Positions 11,404-20,440 of a DNA stretch of 21,437 bases are shown piece after piece. The DNA is from Ginkgo biloba. Its lineage: Eukaryota > Plantae > Ginkgophyta. Positions within the stretch are counted from its first letter, which is position 1, and every line of letters begins with the position of its first letter. The stretch lies in assembly GCA_024626585.2 (NCBI GenBank), contig JANKJI020000002.1, positions 30,878,559 through 30,899,995 on the forward strand, read 5' to 3'. The notes beneath the pieces are model-generated. The model did not search any database. It had not been told where the DNA came from and saw only the letters and a program-made list of their open reading frames with translations. The translations under genes and the position numbers were made by a program.

Positions 11404-11844
11404 AGCGTTGATTCCAAGTGCCATCAGCATAAGGGATTGGACATGTTCATGCTATTCTAAACCGCCATGGTGCCGGATGTTAGCTTAATACTTCCATCAT
11501 TCGTAGGGTACAGGTTTAGTATACCATTAAGGCAAGAGAAGGGAGATAGGCATTTCATAATCAAACAAGAGATGTACAAGTATAATCATGTATTACGTTA
11601 CAGTGAACACCATACAATGTATAGTCCAATCTTGCCGAAAGAGATGATGCATCAAAAATGGAGGGGTCCTTTTTATACAAGAAGGCACTGCCTTTTCAAA
11701 GGGTTGCCAGTTATGTATGAGATACACCTGTTCAACTGTCCACGAGTGTCCTCAATAATGGTCCTAACTAAGCCAAATTGAGAAGTCAATCATTATGACT
11801 TCTCCTAACATTATTCCGTCATAATCATAAAACATCTACTAACA
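11404..11844 (-). mobile_element. Probable 5' LTR (partial) upstream of the gypsy gag
   Basis: Minus strand begins TGTTAGTAGATG at 11844 (canonical TG terminus) and has TATAAAAAGG at about 11668-11677. Orientation fits the gag across the 10664-11403 gap. Confidence 0.6.
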
Positions 11845-12143
11845 TATGTACTCATTTCACTTTTTATAAAACAATTGTTGCATTGCAATTCTCATAGCAA
11901 AAATTTGGTTCATTTACATATGGTATTTTCCTTTTGGGGCATGAGGAGTTGTTAGGATTGCTATAATTTCAAGTTATTTTTACCTTATTGAGACTGTCCT
12001 TGTGACTGCTATTTGTATTGTCTTTATAATTGGTATTTCTGGGAAATAATACACACACATGCACAAAGAAGCTCACATATATTTGAGCTTGTTCTTCTTG
12101 TGCTGACCTTGCAGGGTATGTCTTTGCTATTTTCCTTGAGCAG

Positions 12144-12350
12144 GAGGCATGGTGTAAAAGATTGCATCCAAAAGGTGTCTGTGAAGTGGTGTTTAGGCAA
12201 CCACCATTACGAGAATCCTTAAAAAAAGGTCGTCTTAGACAACAAGACCTAATGATGACAAAGTCAAAGAAAATCCTTCTGGAAGTTGCAGATCGTATTG
12301 GCAAGAAGATCCAGTACAGCTGTCCAGGCTTCTTACAAAATAAGCGCCAG
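12144..12350 (+). CDS. SRFR1: SRFR1-like internal coding exon B (207 nt, phase 0/0)
   Basis: ttccttgagCAG acceptor ending at 12143 and CAG|GTGAT donor at 12351. Translates to EAWCKRLHPKGVCEVVFRQPPLRESLKKGRLRQQDLMMTKSKKILLEVADRIGKKIQYSCPGFLQNKRQ, matching SRFR1 EYWCKRLHPK...RQPPLRESLKKG...IGKKIQYDCPGFL.NRRQ. Overlaps ORF 12162..12389. Confidence 0.95.
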
Positions 12351-13022
12351 GTGATTGTTCACAAGACATGCATTGGATTCAAATTCTGAAAGAAACTTCT
12401 GTAGTTATCAATTTTTTAGATGATGGTAGCAATTCTTTGTCAATTATCATGTCAAATGGAGTTTTTCAATTGAGAAGGCACACAACATAGTAAAATAAAG
12501 GACATGATTGTGCAACCAGCAATTGGAGTCATCACAGAGCTTGTAGCAGGAGTAAATATCAATAACAAAAGAACTATTTAACCACAAACACATTATGTAG
12601 AGCATATATGTTCGTTAAATAGTATATTCAGATATGAAAATGCTGAATTTCACTTTTTCGTTGGATTTATCTTCTCTTTCATATTAAATTTTAAATGACT
12701 TTAAGGCAAACTTTAGATTGACACTGTGCGGTTGCAGTGGTTTCAAGTAATGGGTTGCTGAGAATGTACTAATATTTTGTTTGCTTGCTTCATCTTCTAA
12801 ATTGAGGCAAGGCTAAAGAAGAAAGTCAGTGGCTGTTAAGTAACCATCTCGATTATGTATTCTGTGAAAGCTGATTTGTTTGTCATATTTGAATCGCATA
12901 TATCTTCTTAATTCTATCTCTTAGATGGCAAGGCATAATTATGGGAGAATATAATGTTAATAAGTATCATCTTTGTATTTCCTTTTTAAAGTTTATAGTT
13001 AGTAAAAAAATTCTTATTGTAA

Positions 13023-13202
13023 GATAAGGTCCTAAAATTGGATTATCTATTTGACAAAAAAGGAAAGTTTATCTCAAAATGGTTAGGTCCATTCATCATT
13101 CTTGAAGATTTACAAAATGGAGCCTATCGCATTATCACACTTGATGAACATAAATTCAAAATCATGGTCAATTCACAATAATTGAAGATATACTATCTTT
13201 AA
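13023..13202 (+). mobile_element. Ty3/gypsy integrase C-terminal (GPY/F) remnant
   Basis: DKVLKLDYLFDKKGKFISKWLGPFIILEDLQNGAYRIITLDEHKFKIMVNSQ*LKIYYL*, matching GKFxxxWxGPFxI...GAYxL.xLD...VN...LKxYY. Confidence 0.85.
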
Positions 13203-13893
13203 AAGATAGTGGGCATGCCATATTGTATATATGTATATAGTTTTCTACATTGGAAAACTCCAAAAAATGTTCAAATCCATAAAAATACGTAAAAAATGAA
13301 TAACATATACAAGATCATAGACACTAGTGTAGTAAAAAATTGTACATATATGTATATATATTTCAAATGTTCAATATGTACAAAGTTGAATAGTCATACA
13401 TTGGTTCATTTAAAACTTACCTATTATACCCTAGTCTAGAAAAAATTCTACATGATCCAATATAAAATGTATATCAAGGGTGGCTTGGGCCACTATCTCC
13501 TCCACCCTCATGTTGATATTGACTATATTCCTCCTCATTTAGCATCCTTTGAACCATGATCTAAGAGGCTCTTCTACTACTAGATCTGGCAGATATGCCA
13601 ATCATCTATTTAAAAATCTCCACCTACCCTTGTAAGTAGGCATTCTCCTACCCAGTATATCATAATAAGGTCGATCTCTCATGGATATATTAAATAAATT
13701 TATAAAGGGCTTGGCTAAAATTGGTATCCTTGTGTCCTCTAGTGGATCGCTTAGATCATCCATGAAGAAAAATAGATCCTCTAGACTCTACCTNNNNNNN
13801 NNNNNNNNNNNNNNNNNNNNNNNNNNNNNNNNNNNNNNNNNNNNNNNNNNNNNNNNNNNNNNNNNNNNNNNNNNNNNNNNNNNNNNNNNNNNN

Positions 13894-14135
13894 CTGCATA
13901 AAAGGGGGTCTTTCTTCCTAACTTGTTTGCTTTAATGCCACCTGTGATCTCAGCATATCTTCCATAACTTGATTCACTCTCTCTATCTGTCCATCTACTT
14001 GAGAATGATCCCCACTGTTGAAATTTAGCTTGGCTCCCAATGCAGTAAATACTTCTGTCCATACTTTGCTAGTAAATTGAGTCTATCACTCAGAATTTTC
14101 CTAAGGACACCAAACTTTGTAAAGATTTCAGAAAT
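13894..14135 (-). mobile_element. Ty3/gypsy integrase core (rve) remnant
   Basis: Minus strand reads SEIFTKFGVLRKILSDR, then after a frameshift QFTSKVWTEVFTALGAKLNFNSGDHSQVDGQIERVNQVMEDMLR, matching SDRD..FTS.FW...LGTKL.FS.AYHPQTDGQTERVNQ.LEDMLR. Confidence 0.88.
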
Positions 14136-14311
14136 TAGAATCATAACAATGTCTTTACCTTTATTCGCCATGTAACTCTCATTGTGGCTTTTTTATATGT
14201 ACAAATCTTTATATTCTCATATGCGTGCTGTGCTTAATAGTGTATGTGCTATTTTCAATGGTAAATGCATAGAATGTATGCTTACATTTCTAATGTATTG
14301 GGGCTTTGTAG

Positions 14312-14398
14312 TGATGAGTTCAATGCTGGGTTTGGTTCTCATACACCTATGGTTCTTGGACAAGCAAAGGTTGTCCGCTACTATCCAAATTTTCAAAG
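14312..14398 (+). CDS. SRFR1: SRFR1-like internal coding exon C (87 nt, phase 2/2)
   Basis: tttgTAG acceptor ending at 14311 and AG|GTATGT donor at 14399. Translates to (S)DEFNAGFGSHTPMVLGQAKVVRYYPNFQ(R), matching SRFR1 SEEFNSGFGSHTP.ILGQAKVVRY.PN. Overlaps ORF 14265..14447. Confidence 0.95.
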
Positions 14399-14480
14399 GT
14401 ATGTAGGGAATCTGTCTTTTCCAGTTTTACTAGGCATTCCTTGTTGACAGACTTATGTGATAACAGTGGATACATTACAG

Positions 14481-14580
14481 GGCATTTTCAATTGCAAAGG
14501 CTCTTATGCTTGATAAAAAAGATGTCCATAATGCTGCCAATAATCTGGTCGACTTATCAGATCCTGCAAAGTTGCAAGGC
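14481..14580 (+). CDS. SRFR1: SRFR1-like internal coding exon D (100 nt, phase 2/0)
   Basis: Follows an 82-nt intron (14399-14480) ending ttaCAG; GTAAGT donor at 14581. Translates to (R)AFSIAKALMLDKKDVHNAANNLVDLSDPAKLQG, in frame with exon C and resembling the SRFR1 R...AK..M...V...A...IDLS...KL segment. Confidence 0.88.
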
Positions 14581-15358
14581 GTAAGTAGTNNNNNNNNNNN
14601 NNNNNNNNNNNNNNTTTTCATTGTTGGTTATTTCCAGTGCTCATGCTAAAAGAAATCTTCTTTCTCTTGCCGTTATACTCAAGCTTATGGAAGTTGGTCT
14701 GATATATTCCTTCTTTTAGAACATTATGGCATGACTACATAGTATGCCAGACATCCTTTAATCCATCTATAGTATCTTTCTATTAAATTGATCTGATTTA
14801 GGGGCTAGATTCCTGCATAAAATTTGCCATGATTAAGTTAGATTATAATCTTGAATAAGATGAGAGATTATATTAAGAGCGTTGCTTCTTTTGAATAAAC
14901 TTTACATTGATAAAAATGATTTAACCCTGAAAGACAATTGGTAATTTATGGAGGGTATCACCAGATAGGCTTGGGATATCATCCCANNNNNNNNNNNNNN
15001 NNNNNNNNNNNNNNNNNNNNNNNNNNNNNNNNNNNNNNNNNNNNNNNNNNNNNNNNNNNNNNNNNNNNNNNNNNNNNNNNNNNNNNNNNNNNNNNNNNNN
15101 NNNNNNNNNNNNNNNNNNNNNNNNNNNNNNNNNNNNNNNNNNNNNNNNNNNNNNNNNNNNNNNNNNNNNNNNNNNNNNNNNNNNNNNNNNNNNNNNNNNN
15201 NNNNNNNNNNNNNNNNNNNNNNNNNNNNNNNNNNNNNNNNNNNNNNNNNNNNNNNNNNNNNNNNNNNNNNNNNNNNNNNNNNNNNNNNNNNNNNNNNNNN
15301 NNNNNNNNNNNNGTCATAATGTAAAAGTTGACTAATAACTACTTGTCCTTGTTCACAG

Positions 15359-15397
15359 GAAGTCTCTCGAGGGGACACGACTAACAATGCAGAAAAA
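15359..15397 (+). CDS. SRFR1: SRFR1-like small coding exon F (39 nt, phase 2/2)
   Basis: CTAAT branch motif plus cttgtccttgttcaCAG acceptor ending at 15358; GTATGG donor at 15398. Translates to (G)KSLEGTRLTMQK(K), matching SRFR1 GK.LEGTRIT. Confidence 0.9.
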
Positions 15398-15511
15398 GTA
15401 TGGATTGGACTTGTGAAATTGGAGCTTCATCAAAATTTCTACTTCTTACAGTATTTACAAAATAAGCATCTAGGTTTTTACTTCCGATGAGGGGTTTAAT
15501 CTTTTGTGCAG

Positions 15512-15602
15512 GGGACAGAAAGGGTTTGATTTTTCAATAAGGACCCCTTGTACTCCCCTTCGTTGGGCTGAATATGATGCAGAAATGGTTGTGGCTTGGG
15601 AG
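15512..15602 (+). CDS. SRFR1: SRFR1-like internal coding exon G (91 nt, phase 2/0)
   Basis: ttttgtgCAG acceptor ending at 15511 and GAG|GTATAT donor at 15603. Translates to (K)GQKGFDFSIRTPCTPLRWAEYDAEMVVAWE, matching SRFR1 GFDFAIRTPCTP.RW..FDAEM..AWE. In frame with exon F across a 114-nt intron. Confidence 0.95.
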
Positions 15603-16182
15603 GTATATGAAATTCTGTTCTAACTGAGAATTAGAATTAAAGTTTCAAATACAGTATGTCGGTTTTCCAGTGTTTTATCTCTCACTCCAATGTCAAAACA
15701 ATGCAGCAGTTCTTTCTCAAACTAAAATATCATAGGGATCTGCAGTTTCAGACTTTAAGCCTAGGAATTATCAGTTTTAGAAAATGAAATATCAGTAAAA
15801 GTTACATGAAACAGTCATGAAACTTTACCAACATAGATGAGGCACACCACTGAAAACTTTCAGGACAGTTTGATGCGTGTACAGATGATCAGAATTGTCA
15901 CATGGGCATCTTTAACAGATGGGTTGGAGCATTTGGATTTGTGTAGATGACCAAATCTCTTTGCAAATATGTACAATCAATTCTGTGCCTGGGATACAGG
16001 CAGGTGCATGCATCCATAGTATCTAGTAAATTTGATTTTGACAATTTCAAGACACTAGATGAATAATGTGTTTTGTCTGTTGGTATTTTGAACCCTTAGC
16101 TGTCCTTCTAGAAGATTTGGCATTCCATGAAGCCTACTTGGCTTCACTGATACACCTAAACTGTATAATGGCCATCAAAATT

Positions 16183-16387
16183 TAGCTTTTTATTTAAATA
16201 GGAGCAAAGTGAAAAACATTTTCTATAAAAGCATCAAAGTGGTAACAAGGCAAGAAGCACGAAAGTGTTAAAGGTCAACACTGGAGGAAAAGATAGCTTT
16301 TTATTTAAACAGGAACATTTTCTATAAAAGGAACAAAGAGGTAATAAGGCAAGAAGCTTAGAAGTGTTAAGGATCAACACTGGAGGA
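16183..16387 (+). repeat. Tandem duplication of about 100 bp (16183-16288 and 16294-16387; second unit has a ~12-nt deletion)
   Basis: Both units read tagctttttatttaaa..gga...acattttctataaaag...aaggcaagaagc...aagtgttaa..tcaacactggagga. Also visible as a repeated peptide in ORF 16234..16482. Confidence 0.9.
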
Positions 16388-16689
16388 TAATCAACCCTTT
16401 TTCTAAAACCACTTTTGGTGCTATAATATATCACAGCAAAAGTGGCCATAATTAGGACAAAAGAAGCAGGTGCAACAAACACTAGCTCTCACCTGCATTC
16501 ATTGGAAATTCACCATGAAGGTTAGTATAAAGGAGGATTCTTCTCTGATTGAATTAAACAGAATGCTACCAATGTGGGAGAGTGTATTAGATTTTTGGGA
16601 TGCATTGGCCCAAGTTGATCTAAATCGTTTTGTTACCAGTTTGCGTCCTTTCAGATACAAGACGGCAATTTGCAGGCATTTAGATGATT

Positions 16690-17270
16690 ACAGTTCAAAT
16701 TAAATGTGTTGCCTGAATCATGGAGGACTACTATTTTTTGTCTTTTGACTATCCTTGCATCTTTTNNNNNNNNNNNNNNNNNNNNNNNNNNNNNNNNNNN
16801 NNNNNNNTTGGCGATGTTTCACTAAGCTCTGGAGGAAATTCCTCCTCAACGAATTCCTATTCATTTTCTAATTTGTTGTCTTCCTCAAGGTTGTCATCCT
16901 TATTGGTTGGTATTGTGATATAGTTTGCATTCTTCACATTGGGGCTCTTTCCCCGCCTCATTTTTTGCCCCCAAAACAATTTTCCTTTCATCTGCATTCC
17001 ATGTATTCAGCGTTCAAGGGTCATTTTTCTGGTGGACGAGTATGAGTTATTTTCGGTATTGGAATCAAGTACTGTGAGTTATTGGCTCCTTTGTTGGATG
17101 ACAAGGTATCTCCTGTCTGTGGNNNNNNNNNNNNNNNNNNNNNNNNNNNCATTTGTAGGTCTGGAATTCCCCTTTTGTTGCTTGTCCTTTAGTCGTTCCT
17201 CTTGTAAGGCCTGAAGCTTCATCTGAATCTTCTCCCTGCGTCCTCTTATGTGAGATTCCATTAATTGACT
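16690..17270 (-). mobile_element. Highly degenerate Ty3/gypsy gag-end to aspartic protease remnant
   Basis: Minus strand reads LQEERLK..., AEYMECR*KENCFG (decayed ERRxKGLCF knuckle), an acidic linker, then KRQKIVVLHDSGNTFN (VLIDSGSTHNF-like protease motif). Confidence 0.55.
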
Positions 17271-18251
17271 TATGTTGATACTGATGAATTGTGTGGGTAA
17301 CGACTAGAATTCTGTATCATATTTTACAACAGTCCAACCTTGTTATAATATTGTCATCTGGTAGAAGTCATCTCAATCTCATTTTTCTTCATATTATTGA
17401 GAATTTCTAGTGAAGAAAACTCATTTATAAGTATTTGATGTGCCACTAGACCCTTTTTTCCACCATTAAAGCCACCAATAATTNNNNNNNNNNNNNNNNN
17501 NNNNNNNNNNNNNNNNNNNNNNNNNNNNNNNNNNNNNNNNNNNNNNNNNNNNNNNNNNNNNNNNNNNNNNNNNNNNNNNNNNNTGAATTAGTGTTAGTTA
17601 CCTAAGGCTACCTTTTTAAGATGAACAAGTAAGAAAATCTTAGGTAGATACGAAGGTAAGATGTGATAAAATTTGGATGACATCGAATCTTATGTAGGAT
17701 TGGGTTGCACATTGTAAATTAATCTATGGTATGATAGTTGAAAAAAAGAACAAAAATATTTATGTGGTTGGCGATGCACATTGGTTTTCCATTAAGAACT
17801 AGGCTTACTAAGCTTAGTGTGCAATGTCTATGCCCATTTTGTTTTGAAAAAGAATCCCTTTATCATTTACTCTAAAATTGTAAGTGAGTCAAAAACTAAA
17901 GATATCACTCATTTTAACATATTTCAACTACTAAAGTTGAATATGGGTTTGCTTGGTGATTGTTATGCTTTTGACATTAGTTGCGTTGATACTTGGCACA
18001 TGTTCATGATTGCGATTTTGTGGACTATTTAGAAAAGTCATAATTTTTAATAATGCTTCCATTTCTTGCTTCAATCTTTGTCATTTTTTGGATTTAATGT
18101 GAACTAACTTTCGAGGTTGTTGGTCCATATTCGTGTATCCTTTTAAAGTGCTGGGTCAATTTTTTGCAAATCAATCTTTTGTTTTCATTGTTGTTGGTTT
18201 GAGTGATGTGCCAATCGCTGGATATCCCATTAGGCTGTGATCATATATTAG

Positions 18252-19191
18252 TGTCTACTCTCTAGTCAAGGCCCTTGAGCTCTGCCTTCATACTAGGTAT
18301 TTCTTCTTTTACTGCATTTAGTGCCTTCGTGAGGTCATCCATGGCCTTCTTTGTTACAACCCAGTTAGCCCTAGTCCAAGCTTGGTCAAACTTGGTCAAA
18401 GGTCAATTAAATCCGGTCAACGGGCTTGGAAATCCCCTAAGAGAAGCTTTAATGTATTGATTTAGGTTTAAGGAAGCCAAAAGACTTTTATTTGTGAAGA
18501 GATACGCTAAAAAAGAGCTTACCTTCGAAGCAAATACACTAATCCTTAAATTGGCGGCTAGTTATGATGGTGGGACCCTTAAAAGGCCTAAAAATGGCTT
18601 AAAATGGTAAAACAACCTACCTTAAACCCTAGTGGCCACTTTCTAAGGGACAGTTAACTTTATGCAAGGGAATTTTAGCAGTCGTGAGCCTACATTATGA
18701 GCCAACTTCAAGTACAGTCATGTCCCTTCAAAAGTATATAAGGAGGCCTAAGGATGACATCAAGGCTTGTCATTCTTTCATCTTTGAGCATTTGCTTCTA
18801 CTTTTTTGCATCTAACATCATGCCTACTTTTACAAGTTGCAAATTTCTGCTTCTCTGCTTCCTAAGGCTTAGCGAATTGCTATCTCTATTTTGGAGCGAC
18901 TTTTCTAGGGAAGTTCTTAAAGAAGAACCCCTAACTTCAGTTGTAGTTGACGACGTTGTCCTTTGGAGACATTATTGTGTGATTGGAGTTGTGTGGAATT
19001 GTAGAAGAAAGCTGAATTAGGCCAAAAGGCTGCCAGTGTGATTCTAGTAGCTGTTGTGCATCTGATTCTATAGAATTGTTGCATCAAGAGTGGAATAAGG
19101 TTGTTGCACCTTAGGGATTCCCGAAAGTGACATTTTTGGTCAATCAAGCTTTTGCATCATTGGGAGAAGGCAGAACAAAAAGGTACGTTAT
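18252..19191 (+). mobile_element. Probable LTR segment
   Basis: Begins TGTCTAC, has repeated CTTGGTCAAA/GGTCAA at 18381-18420 and TATATAAGG at about 18735 followed by a CT-rich tract. Ends at a 100-N gap; no partner LTR seen. Confidence 0.45.
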
Positions 19192-19864
19192 NNNNNNNNN
19201 NNNNNNNNNNNNNNNNNNNNNNNNNNNNNNNNNNNNNNNNNNNNNNNNNNNNNNNNNNNNNNNNNNNNNNNNNNNNNNNNNNNNNNNNNNNTTTTTAAGA
19301 TGTTTTATTTGTTAATGCCTTCTAATTAGGCTCACAACTTCATCATAGTTCCTATGTACTTGAGGATCCATTAGGTCTTTATAGTCATACACAAGGGCAT
19401 CCACCCCCTTTGCAATCCATGCATTTGGCTAATAGTAATCTTGTACTCAATGGAGTGGTTTATATTAATTTATGGTTGATTGTACATGTTGTCAACATGG
19501 AAGGCATCTAGCCCCAAGGCATTGAGCCTTCAAGTAATCCATGCTTCTAGTCATTCAATGGATAGTATACTTTAAGGTCAAGCATAAAACAAAGGCATCC
19601 AATCATCAAGCAATCCAATGCATTCAACCATTTAATGCACTTTTATCTTATGGGACAATATATATTATGGCTAAGTTGTAATTGTAACTGAATGCATAAT
19701 ATAAGACCTCATATGACCTTAAAAGTACTGAGAATGCTTACCAACTAGGTTTCCAACTCTTAAGTTGATTGCTTCCAATAATTTCAGCGTCCTCTTGGGT
19801 TTCGACCTCAAACTGGGCTCTAGAGTGCATTGTTTCTAACAAGATAGAGACTTGGAAAAATGGG

Positions 19865-20440
19865 CTTCCAACCTTCAAAGTCAGAACTATCAAGTATTAT
19901 ATATTTGTGGGATGTTCTTTTAAAATTGCTTCTAGTGTCTCCAATTTGAGGTCAATCAAATATCATCTCACCCAAGTTGTCCTCCTTTTGAGTTATTTCT
20001 TCAGTTATGGAATGGAATTGTTGTTTCTTGTCTCTACTTCAAATATGTGTATTTCCAATAACAAAATTGATTACAAGAATTGACCTCCCAACTACATTGG
20101 AAGTCCAAAATATCAAATATTATATATCTTTGAATTTGACTCTTAGAGGCCTTTCCAATGGAATATGTCCAATGTCAATCGGAGTTCATTTGACTCAAGT
20201 CATTTGGCCTCAAAGTTACCATTTTCATTTTGTCTCTACAATTTTTGGCTTCTCTAGAAGTTGGGTAAAGAGACTGATCATAAAAGTTGACCTCTGACTC
20301 CTTTTGAAGTCCTAAATATGAAGTATGACATATCTTGGAAAGTGCCATTCGGAGGGGCATCTAGCAGAATAGGTAAGATCTTAGTCAAAGGTCATTTGAC
20401 CCAAGTAATCTTTACTCTAATTTGTTGCTTATATTTTCAA
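19865..20440 (+). repeat. Three degenerate ~210-220 bp tandem units, probably TE-derived
   Basis: Units near 19865, 20084 and 20292 share aagtc..aa.tat.aa.tat.a.atat.t.tg.a ... tcat.t.ac.caagt. The similarity also shows in ORFs 19769..20083 and 20007..20297 (IKYYI...HLTQV). Confidence 0.7.

Larger units (their letters stand above)
1498..12143 (+). other. Long TE-filled intron between exons A and B (10,646 nt as assembled; true length uncertain because of gaps)
   Basis: GT...AG boundaries. The flanking exons join in frame into a contiguous conserved peptide (PLFK-EAWCKR). Confidence 0.88.

Noticed and set aside
10558-11488. Long ORFs of 255-296 aa in the ORF track
   Set aside because: They are almost entirely X from the 10664-11403 N gap. 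The same applies to ORFs over 14987-15312 and the other gaps.
13480-13793. Semi-open minus-strand frame, and gaaccatgatct resembling the EPCDP codons of the missing exon
   Set aside because: No splice sites or flanking similarity to SRFR1, and it contains stops. The family is not recognisable.
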